Below the pieces are notes generated by a model, which ran no database searches, was not told the DNA's origin, and saw nothing but the letters and a program-made list of their open reading frames with translations. From assembly GCA_964342815.1 (NCBI GenBank), contig CAYFHS010000044.1, positions 1-35,189 on the forward strand: DNA of 35,189 nt, in the 5' to 3' direction. The DNA is from an uncultured archaeon (GTDB taxonomy: Archaea > Thermoplasmatota > Penumbrarchaeia > JASLWR01). The first letter of the stretch is position 1. Each line of letters begins with the position of its first letter. Shown piece after piece: positions 16,703 to 25,877 of the stretch. The translations under genes were made by a program, and so were the position numbers.

Positions 16703-19492
16703 TTAGGCGTCATCTGAGGCTTCTGCAACCACTTCCACTGCCGTATCGATTGTTGGTTCTTCTACTACTTCTACGATTTCCACTGCAATAGGCTCCACTG
16801 CTGCGAGTTCATCCCCCTGAGATTCTTCGTTCGGATTCTGAATTTCATTTTCAACTGTACGTTCCTGCTCCTCATCATTAAGTTCATCCTCGTTATCATC
16901 CCTTTCCACTTCTTCTTCCCCGTCCACCTTCTTGAAAATCAATTCTTCCTTTCCTTTTCGCCTCACCAATGATATTATTATTATCACTATTAGCAGTAAA
17001 ATAGCAATTCCGACACCTATGCTGGCAGTCTTGTGGTCTACGAGATAATTCTTTACTCTTGTAATGAGATTCTCCTTCTCGACGGGCTCAGGGTTCACGG
17101 GCTGAATTTTCCTCACCTTGATATTGATGGATATTTCATCTGAGCGAGAAATACTGTTCCGGTCATCCATCACCTCCAGATAAGCAAGGTAGGTTCCCGC
17201 CTTGCGGTATTTATGAGCTGCGTAGTCCTCATCCTGCCAATCCGTCGTCTCCCCGTCACCGAAATTGAAATTATATCTTATGATCTTTCCGTCGGGGTCC
17301 TGAGAATCGCTTCCGTCGAAAGTAATTTCCTTATTGACGAATGTATTGTTGTAATTCACAATGAGAACCGCTGTTGCTAGAACGTTATCAGCCCGATTCA
17401 CCGTAACCTTCACCGAATCACTGCCAGTTAGACCCTCATCATCCGTGGCTGTGAATAATAGATTATGAACACCAACATTGAAGACCTTGCTCAATGTCAA
17501 GGAAGTGGAGAGGACAACGCCGTTCTCGCTCCATTCCATCTCAACGATATTATTTTCGTAATCCTCCGCAGTTGCGGTCAATTGAACTTGCATTCCTTCC
17601 TCCACCGTCACGTCATTTCCCGCATTCACAACCGGCGCAGTGTTTAGCGGTCTTTCAGTCATCGTCACCGTGCAGTTATCAACACTAAATGATCCCATAT
17701 CATCGATCACCCTGAACGAAGCAATGTAGGTATTCTCCTGGTCGTAAGTATAATCCGCATTTCCACTGCTGGAGGATTCCCAGTCGTAGATGCCGTCCCC
17801 GTCAAAATCCCATTCGTAATTAATGATCTTTCCGTCGGGATCGCTTCCCTTCCCCTTGAAATTCACCTCTTCGTCTATATAACCTATCTTGTCATCACCG
17901 GCATTGGCAATTGGTGCAAGGTTCGTGAATTGGACCCAAATTGGATTAGTCAACCCGTAAAATTTGGATTCGTCCAGTGCGGACCTTACCGACATCCTGA
18001 TGTAGGTCTCTTTGTTGGGAAGCAGATAAGGGGTTATATCGATCTCCTTCTCATCCATATCCAACTGCACGGATGTTTCGTTCTCCCCTGTGGTTCCTAT
18101 ATGCATGGTAAGCTCGTCAATCACTCCAAAGCTCGGGTCGCACTTATATTTATAATTTAAAGTGATCTCCTTTCCCTGCAGAAACGCCTCGCTGTTCCCG
18201 CCTATGATGAACTCGCTTTTGTTCTCGTTCTCGGCTGTGAAGATAACAAGGGGACCGTTTGTCAGAATAGTGTTTCCTCCGACCAAAGCATTTATCAGTT
18301 TTTCCTGGGAAAGCCCATCAGGAAGAAATGCACAGGTTCGGACCCTTCCTAGTTTGTCGAATTCTCCGCCCGCTCCGCTTCCGGCTATTCCATAGGGTCG
18401 CTTACCTTCCAGAAGAAAAGATACCCATCGATCCAATATCCGGCCATTATCGCCCGTAAACGGATCCCCGCCGTTCCATATCTCGATCCCTGTGAGATTT
18501 TTGGGTAGGGTATCCCAAGGAGCGTACAGAGCATTATCCGTAAGCATTTCCTCCACGTATGACGCACCTCCTGCCTCTGCCACGGCGGCGATCACCTCCC
18601 CTGTGGAAAGTGAATTACCTCTGGGATCGTGAGTTGATTCGATGTATCCTGCGCCGTAAACCAGTAGTTTGCCGTATTGCACCCCGACACCTCCATCATC
18701 ATGACTGCATATTACCTCTTCGGCAGGTAGGAGTAGGGGTTTCGGGAGTATCCCGTTTTGTGTTTCCATTTTCAGGTTTCTTTCAACGAATGCATTGCTG
18801 TTGGAAAACCCAGGGGAAGTGGAATTATCGGTAATGGCGAGCCAATCGAGGCCTATGCAGTTTCCCGCTTTTGAAATTGACTCCAAGGGGGCTCCGAAAT
18901 CGAACTCGGTATCGGTATAATTGGAATAAGATTGGATCTCACCGAGGTACCAATCAGGAAAACTCGTGAGGTCTTCCTTTTCTATTATCATGTAGCTCGT
19001 GCGGGTTTCCTCGCCCCTGATCAATTTAAATACAGCCTCGATCTCGGTGCTGCCCATGTATCCGGGGCCCTTTCCTATAAAATCAGACGGAGAGAATACA
19101 ACTTCCTTGGTCCAGCTTTCTTGCGATATCATTAGTGGTGCGCCGCTCACAGGAGCACCAAGCTGGGTTGCATTGAAGGTCCGGTTGGAGAGTAATTTAC
19201 GATCGGAATCATATATAGTGACTTCGATCTCCCGGATCGGGATGCCGATTGATAATGGTTTTTTAGCGACGAGACCGCGGGCCTCATCAGAATCGTGTAT
19301 TATTAGAAGTACCGGGATATCCTTACCCTTGATTATTCTCCATGGCGCATCTACCACAAACTCGTATGAATCTTCTCCGACACCGTTCTCCTCATACCCC
19401 TGGCTCGTCATATTGGCAATACTGAGAACAGATATCATGAAGAGGAATATCATTATCGTGGAAGTGAGTTTATCGTAATAGCTTCCTTTCAT
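16703..19492 (-). CDS. Secreted, membrane-anchored protein with degenerate PHP (CehA/McbA-like) domain, three PKD-like domains, TM helix and acidic tail
   Basis: Signal peptide. PHP scaffold (GLDWLAITD, EEV, GIEIWN, NALVGGNTILTNGP). PKD motifs YEWDFDGDG, YNFNFGDG. TM ASIGVGIAILLLIVIIIISLVRRK. E/D-rich tail. Confidence 0.8.
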   Translation of the reverse strand: MKGSYYDKLTSTIMIFLFMISVLSIANMTSQGYEENGVGEDSYEFVVDAPWRIIKGKDIPVLLIIHDSDEARGLVAKKPLSIGIPIREIEVTIYDSDRKLLSNRTFNATQLGAPVSGAPLMISQESWTKEVVFSPSDFIGKGPGYMGSTEIEAVFKLIRGEETRTSYMIIEKEDLTSFPDWYLGEIQSYSNYTDTEFDFGAPLESISKAGNCIGLDWLAITDNSTSPGFSNSNAFVERNLKMETQNGILPKPLLLPAEEVICSHDDGGVGVQYGKLLVYGAGYIESTHDPRGNSLSTGEVIAAVAEAGGASYVEEMLTDNALYAPWDTLPKNLTGIEIWNGGDPFTGDNGRILDRWVSFLLEGKRPYGIAGSGAGGEFDKLGRVRTCAFLPDGLSQEKLINALVGGNTILTNGPLVIFTAENENKSEFIIGGNSEAFLQGKEITLNYKYKCDPSFGVIDELTMHIGTTGENETSVQLDMDEKEIDITPYLLPNKETYIRMSVRSALDESKFYGLTNPIWVQFTNLAPIANAGDDKIGYIDEEVNFKGKGSDPDGKIINYEWDFDGDGIYDWESSSSGNADYTYDQENTYIASFRVIDDMGSFSVDNCTVTMTERPLNTAPVVNAGNDVTVEEGMQVQLTATAEDYENNIVEMEWSENGVVLSTSLTLSKVFNVGVHNLLFTATDDEGLTGSDSVKVTVNRADNVLATAVLIVNYNNTFVNKEITFDGSDSQDPDGKIIRYNFNFGDGETTDWQDEDYAAHKYRKAGTYLAYLEVMDDRNSISRSDEISINIKVRKIQPVNPEPVEKENLITRVKNYLVDHKTASIGVGIAILLLIVIIIISLVRRKGKEELIFKKVDGEEEVERDDNEDELNDEEQERTVENEIQNPNEESQGDELAAVEPIAVEIVEVVEEPTIDTAVEVVAEASDDA

Positions 19493-19703
19493 ATTTCCAC
19501 CGGTTTATTAAAGCCAGGGTAACAGGTTTTTTTCTGTTTTATACGGATATACGAACTGTCCACATTTTATTTCTATTATTAAATGATTTCTATCATTAAG
19601 GGGTGTCGATTTATTTTAATGTATAAAGTAGCTGTTTTTATAGAGATTATCTTCATGATGGAGGAGTTGAAAACAGCCACGGATAACCAATAATTTCCGA
19701 TTC

Positions 19704-20669
19704 ATGCGACAAAACCTTTTTATACCTCTCATGAAAAAAATAAAATATGATGTCGTTGTTAATAAAATACTGGTGATTTGTGTCCGAATATATAAAAAGA
19801 TTTTACTGATGTGGCTGCTATTATTTTTCTTATTTCCTGCCGTTATTGTAAGCGACGTCCATTCTAATGTGAGAAGATATCCTCTCGATCATACCACAGG
19901 CAACCGAAATGACACCGAACCACCCATTTTGCATATTGATTATACTCCTAATGTAGGTACGACCGGAGGTGAATTGATCTTCTCCGCCAACTTTACAGAC
20001 AATGTCGGTATTGCATCAGCCAGAGTCAATTACAGCTATGATAACATTCAATTTGAAAATCAGTCTATGAATAATATTGCCGGCAATAGGTGGAATTTCA
20101 CAATAAATGTTGATATAAACTCCACTAGGATTTATTATTACTTTTATTTCGATGATTCAAACGGTAATGCAAACATTTCAATATCAAAGAACATAACGAT
20201 AATCGACACGGTTCCCCCGGTAGCCAAGGCAGGTCCGGATATTATGGTGCCTCGGAGCGATAATTTTTATTTGAATGGCAGCAATTCCACAGATAACATA
20301 GGCGTAAACAATTACACCTGGTTCTGGCACTGTTTCTGTAATGAGCCAAATTGGGCTTATGGGCCGGTCCCGCTTATTTCCGGGGACCCGGATAATTTGA
20401 CGGTTTATCTTAATGTAACTGATGAAACGGGTAATTGGGCAACCGATTCGGTGAATATCACAATGATCGATGTCATCCCGCCTGTTGCTTTGGCTGGAGA
20501 GGATGAAGTGGTGGTGCAGCATGAAACGGTATTATTCAATGGCAGCCGCAGCGTTGACAATTATGGGGTTGTGAACTATACATGGTCTTTTTTTACAATA
20601 ACACCGAAAAATATCTTTATGGAATGTTTGCGTATTTCACGTTTCATATCGCTGGTGAATATCTTATAA
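19704..20669 (+). CDS. PKD-domain surface protein, 5' part (frameshifted; continues in 20582..22213)
   Basis: Hydrophobic signal (MWLLLFFLFPAV; the start may be ATG 19809), an Ig-like domain and DTVPPVAKAG/DVIPPVALAG PKD repeats. The repeat pattern breaks after NYTWSF at ~20590 and the ORF ends in non-homologous sequence. Confidence 0.75.
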   Translation: MRQNLFIPLMKKIKYDVVVNKILVICVRIYKKILLMWLLLFFLFPAVIVSDVHSNVRRYPLDHTTGNRNDTEPPILHIDYTPNVGTTGGELIFSANFTDNVGIASARVNYSYDNIQFENQSMNNIAGNRWNFTINVDINSTRIYYYFYFDDSNGNANISISKNITIIDTVPPVAKAGPDIMVPRSDNFYLNGSNSTDNIGVNNYTWFWHCFCNEPNWAYGPVPLISGDPDNLTVYLNVTDETGNWATDSVNITMIDVIPPVALAGEDEVVVQHETVLFNGSRSVDNYGVVNYTWSFFTITPKNIFMECLRISRFISLVNIL

Positions 20670-22213
20670 GCTTAACTGTAGGAGATGCCGCGGGGAATTT
20701 TGGCTCAAGAAGTACCGATAATTTCACAGTTACCGTTTTGGATATTACTTCACCGGTTGCGGTGGCAGGAAACGATACCGTTATAGAACAACATCAATCA
20801 CTAATCTTTAATGGCAGTCTCAGTTATGATAATATCATGATCGCTGATTATACCTGGAACTTTAGTTATAAGAATCGGATGAGGTATCTAAGTGGTTCCA
20901 CAACGGGATTTAATTTTGATGATGCAGGTATTTACATCATTACGCTGAACGTTACGGATAGTGAGGGGAACTGGGGACAGGATTCATTTCAGCTCAAAGT
21001 AAATGATATAACGAATCCCATAGCAAATCCCGGTGCGGATTTCTGGACTGAAAATATCGGTGATGCCGTAAGTTTTAATGCAAGGTACAGTTCGGATAAT
21101 GTAGGTATTGTAAACTACACATGGAGTTTCAACTACAACGCTACTCTTCATCACTTATATGGTGTCGAGGTAAGTTTCAACTTTTATAGGGTACAAATTA
21201 TCAATGTTACCCTCACCGTCACAGATGCTGAAGGTAATTGGAATAACAGTATTTGCTCGGTTCGAATTATTGATACGATACCTCCTGTAGCCGCAGCGGG
21301 TCTGGATTTGATTGTTGATGCTGGAACCAATGTAACTCTGAATGCGAATGGTACGTGGGATCATTCCCGGATACTTTCCTATGTCTGGGTATTCACCTAT
21401 GACGATGTTGGCCGGACTCTTACCGGAATTAATGTTGATTTTCGATTTGAAGTAGTGGGTACTTATTCTGTACTCTTGATCGTGAGAGACATCTGGGAGA
21501 ATGCGGCCACCGATACTGTGACCATCGAGGTCAGGGATCTCTCACCCCCGGTAATAGAAGCCGCTAATGATATGAATATTACATCGGGAGAGACTGCGTT
21601 TCTTAATGTAAGTGCCTGGGATAATATTGGAATTACTAAGTACGAATGGAGATTTCAGTATAATGATTCCGAGGAGGTTTTGAATGGGAAATCTGTTTCG
21701 TTCCTTTTCAATATTCCGGGAAATTACACCGTAAATCTGTCTGTGCATGACGAGGCCGGTAATACAGCGAAGGGGTTGGTCCGTGTAAATGTGACCACAG
21801 TTATCCCGAGTGGGATAAACGAAACCCCTGATGATGACGAAGACCTTGACGATGAGCTGGATGACGACAGCGATAACGATGACGATATTGATCTCGACGA
21901 CGATGATGGGGTTCCGCAAGGTGCCGATATTGAAAAAGGGTCGAGCCTGCCATGGTTCTGGATCCTCACTATTCTGCTGGTTTTAATAATTATCATCATT
22001 TGTATGTTTCTCATCATAAAACACAGATCCGCTGATAAGAGTGAATCCCCCACAGCTGGAAGTATTGAAGAAATGGAATATCCACAACCGAATCTGAGCC
22101 TTCCCGAGGATGAAAAACAGGATAAATTATCGTCGGATGAAAGTGAAAAAACGGTATTGGAATCAGAGCAAATCGACAGCGTGCCATCTGAAGAAATTCC
22201 ACTAGATGATTAG
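20582..22213 (+). CDS. PKD-domain surface protein, 3' part (PKD repeats, acidic linker, TM helix, acidic tail)
   Basis: Begins mid-PKD (FYNNTEKYLYG...LTVGDAAGN) with no signal peptide. Has four more D..PPVA.AG-type repeats and TM WFWILTILLVLIIIIICMFLII. Confidence 0.8.
   Translation: MVFFYNNTEKYLYGMFAYFTFHIAGEYLISLTVGDAAGNFGSRSTDNFTVTVLDITSPVAVAGNDTVIEQHQSLIFNGSLSYDNIMIADYTWNFSYKNRMRYLSGSTTGFNFDDAGIYIITLNVTDSEGNWGQDSFQLKVNDITNPIANPGADFWTENIGDAVSFNARYSSDNVGIVNYTWSFNYNATLHHLYGVEVSFNFYRVQIINVTLTVTDAEGNWNNSICSVRIIDTIPPVAAAGLDLIVDAGTNVTLNANGTWDHSRILSYVWVFTYDDVGRTLTGINVDFRFEVVGTYSVLLIVRDIWENAATDTVTIEVRDLSPPVIEAANDMNITSGETAFLNVSAWDNIGITKYEWRFQYNDSEEVLNGKSVSFLFNIPGNYTVNLSVHDEAGNTAKGLVRVNVTTVIPSGINETPDDDEDLDDELDDDSDNDDDIDLDDDDGVPQGADIEKGSSLPWFWILTILLVLIIIIICMFLIIKHRSADKSESPTAGSIEEMEYPQPNLSLPEDEKQDKLSSDESEKTVLESEQIDSVPSEEIPLDD
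20588..20594 (+). other. T7 homopolymer at the frameshift junction
   Basis: TGG TCT TTT TTT ACA (frame of the 5' ORF) versus TTT TAC AAT (frame of the 3' ORF). One extra T, or a -1 slip, joins the two. Confidence 0.85.
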
Positions 22214-22456
22214 GAGGAAATACCTCAACCACCTCCTGAATTGGAATAGGATAGACCGTTGGGAAATTAGAACCAAGTGATTTATTGATGTGAAGTAATC
22301 TTTCTTTAGCGTATTGGATAACGCCGGACCCATTTATTATTTATACGAAAATTTATAACATTATAATTCTCACGGTTGATAATCGTGAAGTAAGCTATAT
22401 AATTTAATTATCCGATAAACGGTTGTTCGCAACCACCTCCCTCTGGCAGTTGTGAA

Positions 22457-22498
22457 ATCCCCGGGAAATCCCACGGCGAATCCGCCGTCCCGGGGATA
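22457..22498. terminator. Nested GC-rich inverted repeat (terminator or small mobile-element remnant)
   Basis: atccccggg (22457) / cccggggat (22490) enclose acggcg-aatc-cgccgt (22473-22488), 5 nt beyond the stop of the 22504..23169 gene. The palindrome is certain; its function is not. Confidence 0.4.
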
Positions 22499-22503
22499 TG
22501 TTT

Positions 22504-23169
22504 TTAGCTAGAATTTAAGAACAAAGACCCTATGGTTTCACCAAGTATCAATCTGCCGTCTGAAAAAACTATCTCGTTCCATGCCATATCCGAAGGATTT
22601 TTTTGTTTTTGGTCTTTTGTGAAAATAGTCAGCATCACTTTGGATGGGAATTGCAATCCTAAAAGGTCCCTTATGGAGGTCCTTCTGTTGCCTTCGTTAT
22701 CGAGATGCCATAATCCCTCAATACGGTCTAAATTCTTATCGTGTTCATCATTGTAATCCAAAAGAAGAAGTGCAAAGTTTGTGAGCGTATGAACGCGAAA
22801 ACCCCACCAAATGAGTGGTATCTCCGCGGGCACCGGATCCTTTCCTATACTCAGGATCCTCCGTGTTGTGGGATCGTAATCAACAATCTCGAGAGCCGTT
22901 CCGGTTTCATACTTCTTGCTATCTACGGGGCTCGAACTGCATAAAAAACGAGAACCGCATCGGAGTGCAAGAACCGCCGTTACCCCGTCCGCCAATTCCA
23001 TACCCTTAATTCTCGGTTTTGCCCGCTCGACGAACATTTTATATTTTTCTCTCATACCTTCTTCGAGGGGTTTTGCCGATACCCGAATATTTCCTGTCGG
23101 GGGAATGTCAAGTCCTTTCCGTTGGTTATGAATCCCGCTTAGTTTTGTATTTACTTCTTTTTCGGTCAT
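22504..23169 (-). CDS. Hypothetical protein, possibly a degenerate class II aldolase/adducin-fold protein
   Basis: 221-aa ORF with a TATA-like element (aaggttaaaata) upstream. EIVDYDP...IGKDPVPAEIPLIWWGFR..TNFALL resembles the class II aldolase PSxE..LH...Y...A..H.H region but lacks the histidines. Confidence 0.55.
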   Translation of the reverse strand: MTEKEVNTKLSGIHNQRKGLDIPPTGNIRVSAKPLEEGMREKYKMFVERAKPRIKGMELADGVTAVLALRCGSRFLCSSSPVDSKKYETGTALEIVDYDPTTRRILSIGKDPVPAEIPLIWWGFRVHTLTNFALLLLDYNDEHDKNLDRIEGLWHLDNEGNRRTSIRDLLGLQFPSKVMLTIFTKDQKQKNPSDMAWNEIVFSDGRLILGETIGSLFLNSS

Positions 23170-23265
23170 TGCAGTGATGGGATAAGGGCTCGGAGTATTT
23201 TAACCTTGCTCTATTGGATGGTATGCGATTCCATGGAAAAGGCTGACTTCAGGAGTAAAATGAGC

Positions 23266-23292
23266 AAAAGATATATATAAATAAGTTTAAGT
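23266..23292 (+). promoter_or_regulatory. Candidate BRE/TATA promoter for eIF5A
   Basis: aaaag-atatatataaata-agtttaagt, about 55-80 nt upstream of the eIF5A start. Confidence 0.35.
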
Positions 23293-23345
23293 GGGGTGCT
23301 TGAACGGATGATTATTCCAAACTTACAAAGGCGGAAGTGATACGA

Positions 23346-23732
23346 ATGTCAAAAACACTGGCCGAGGTCAGAACACTCAAGGTTAACAGATATATTATAA
23401 TCGACAATGAACCCTGCAAGATAGTTGATTATTCAACTTCCAAACCCGGTAAACACGGTGAAGCAAAGGCCAGGCTCGTTGCCATTGGAATATTTGATAA
23501 TCAGAAAAGAAGCGTAGTCCACCCAGTGACTCATAAGGTCAGTGTCCCCATGATCAACAAGGGAACCGCACAGGTTATCTCCATGACGGAAACAGAAGTT
23601 CAATTGATGGATATGGACACCTATGAGATGTTCACAGTGGGGATGCCTGAAGCCCTTAAGGAGAAGATCCAAGCTGGTGAAACCGTACAATATATCGAAG
23701 CTCTCGACCGAAAGATGATCACCAGGGCTTAG
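23346..23732 (+). CDS. eif5a: Translation factor aIF5A/eIF5A
   Basis: Hypusination motif TSKPGKHGEAK, EPCKIV and VQLMDMDTYE. Likely start ATG 23346. Confidence 0.97.
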   Translation: MSKTLAEVRTLKVNRYIIIDNEPCKIVDYSTSKPGKHGEAKARLVAIGIFDNQKRSVVHPVTHKVSVPMINKGTAQVISMTETEVQLMDMDTYEMFTVGMPEALKEKIQAGETVQYIEALDRKMITRA

Positions 23733-23764
23733 AGAAATTTTTTGATCTTTTCTATCTGATCCAC

Positions 23765-24760
23765 CTATACTACAGGTATTATTCTCTTATAGATCAAGGG
23801 TACCAGAGGTACCGCCAGGGCAAAAGGGTAAATCGCCAGCACCAACAGTTCTATTCTATCAATCATACCCAGAAGCATTACTGGTGCCATCATGTATGAA
23901 AAAACTTCAATTGCAGCAAGCGGGTTTAGTATTTTGTCCCGATTAAAATATCTTAAACTGAGATAATATTTCGTAAGATAGAACACGAGAAAGGTGAGTA
24001 TTACGATAGTTATTAGTTGAAATGCTCGCACGGTTCCGCTTGATGGTATCATTCCCAGGGTGAAAGGAACCAGAATAACTCCCACTTGGGCGGATTTTAC
24101 GAGAAAGGAATATATGATGAATTTACCCGGGATGTTTATGCGTCCCTGCACAACACGGACCCCCATGCGAAGAGGAGTGGTCTCACCCTTTCCCCTTGGA
24201 TCGTGATCGCAGTCCTTGAAGGCTCCGGAAATCCCGGTATTATATAAAATTTGGAAGAATGATACAGCTGCCACAATAAATCCCAGCGAGTCCACCTGCC
24301 CATGAACCGCCGCATTTCCGCTGAGAACGAAAAAGAACGTCCAACCGCCAAGAAGCATCTCCACATAGGCAAGTTTCTTGCTGTACAAGTTGTATAGAGC
24401 CCCGAAGAGGATGGATACCGCGAGTAATCCCACGGATAGAATCTGTCTGAAGAAGAGATAATTGACGGCTAGTGCCATCACCCAGGCGCTTTGGTATATC
24501 CAAAAAGCGGTTTTTGGTGATATGCTTCCCTTTACCAGAGGTTTGCTATGCAGTTCAGCGGCGCGCCGATCGATCTCAATATCACGATGCTCGTTCATGG
24601 CAAATCCGAAAATATGAACAAGCACACCCACTGTACCAAGCTGAAAGAATATCGACCAATTCATTTCTCCGGTAGCAGCTGCCCCGATTATGGGAATGAC
24701 TGTTGTGAATCCCACCGAATGGAATTTGATCAGCTTGAGGTATTCCCGGAAATCGCCCAT
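23765..24760 (-). CDS. UbiA-family prenyltransferase
   Basis: Multiple TM helices. The first Asp-rich motif is NEHRDIEIDRR...KPLVKG, followed by YN..SKK and a second motif FKDCDHD. Confidence 0.85.
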   Translation of the reverse strand: MGDFREYLKLIKFHSVGFTTVIPIIGAAATGEMNWSIFFQLGTVGVLVHIFGFAMNEHRDIEIDRRAAELHSKPLVKGSISPKTAFWIYQSAWVMALAVNYLFFRQILSVGLLAVSILFGALYNLYSKKLAYVEMLLGGWTFFFVLSGNAAVHGQVDSLGFIVAAVSFFQILYNTGISGAFKDCDHDPRGKGETTPLRMGVRVVQGRINIPGKFIIYSFLVKSAQVGVILVPFTLGMIPSSGTVRAFQLITIVILTFLVFYLTKYYLSLRYFNRDKILNPLAAIEVFSYMMAPVMLLGMIDRIELLVLAIYPFALAVPLVPLIYKRIIPVV

Positions 24761-24841
24761 AGTATCACAAAAGTGATGAAAACCGATGCATGATAATAGC
24801 CTAATGAATAAAAATTTTAATCACAACGTATGCACGGAGTT

Positions 24842-25864
24842 CTATAATAACCCCTCTTCTTCCAGCGATCGGATTACCTCCTGTCTGAAACGCCGCTTTC
24901 TTACAATGTACTTGTAAAAATAGAATGGTAAGAAGAGCATTATCGAGATGATGGACAAGAAGGCTACACAAAAAGTTACATCGTAATAAGTGCCTTTTTC
25001 CTGGTAAAAGACAGAATAACTCAATTTTTCATGAGTACCCACTTTTTCCGCACTGAGAGAAGAGACCTCGATGGAAACTTCCGATATTCGCGAGCGCCAC
25101 AGAACCGTTGATCTGGGGCCGATGATATCGAAGGTGAAATTTACCGTCTCTCCCGGCTGCACCTTTTCTGTCTTTTTCGTTTCGTATACAAGAGCGAAAC
25201 CAGTTTCTACGAGACTATCCTGGTTCATGAACTTGACCTCAAACCAATCTTCCCCATTCCCGTCATTTTTCACCTGCAGCGTATATTGTCTTTGTTCACC
25301 TGGGTATCCCGTGACAAAAGAATGAGGCGAATTGATCCTCACCATTGAATACTGTGCTGTGACGACGGTCAATGTGAACGGCTCATCTATATATCCGCTG
25401 GTTCCCGGATTGATCTGCCACTGTCCGCCCAGTTTGATCCGGTACATGACATTCTTGATTTCGAATGGAGGGCAGCGGACCGTAACCGTCACATCGTTTT
25501 CCTGGACTGTGGGATCGAAAATGATGGTCGGCTCGGATATGGCCGCAACCCATATGCTGGGTAAGGTTGGGTCGTCATTAAAAATTTCATAAGAAAGATT
25601 GACCAATACCTGACGTCCCTGAGGAATGAAAGTTGTTATTCTTGCTTTCCCCTTGAACTGCACCATGCACGGATCCCCAGGACCTACCTGTATCGATTGG
25701 ACCGCTGGATCGAAATCAAATTCAATGTATACTTTTTCGAGTTCCTGACCTGCCGCCGATGGTGAGTTATATATTGGGATAACTGATAGCAGGACAATCA
25801 GTCCTAGAAACGAATAAAAATATTTGTACGGTCGTTTCCCGAAGGATCCCCCAATTCCATCCAT
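24842..25864 (-). CDS. Secreted, C-terminally anchored protein, choice-of-anchor-T / NEW3-like
   Basis: Start reset to ATG 25864 (SD GGGTGA; aa 88 of the track ORF). Signal peptide, beta-rich domains (YTLQVKNDGNGEDWF, VQPGETVNFTFDI) and a C-terminal TM followed by RKRR. The family name is inference. Confidence 0.7.
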   Translation of the reverse strand: MDGIGGSFGKRPYKYFYSFLGLIVLLSVIPIYNSPSAAGQELEKVYIEFDFDPAVQSIQVGPGDPCMVQFKGKARITTFIPQGRQVLVNLSYEIFNDDPTLPSIWVAAISEPTIIFDPTVQENDVTVTVRCPPFEIKNVMYRIKLGGQWQINPGTSGYIDEPFTLTVVTAQYSMVRINSPHSFVTGYPGEQRQYTLQVKNDGNGEDWFEVKFMNQDSLVETGFALVYETKKTEKVQPGETVNFTFDIIGPRSTVLWRSRISEVSIEVSSLSAEKVGTHEKLSYSVFYQEKGTYYDVTFCVAFLSIISIMLFLPFYFYKYIVRKRRFRQEVIRSLEEEGLL

Positions 25865-25877
25865 TGCGTTATCACCC

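Noticed and set aside
23765-24760. Specific assignment of the UbiA protein as DGGGP synthase or MenA
   Set aside because: The motifs (NEHRD, FKDCDHD) are family-level only, and the substrate cannot be told by eye.
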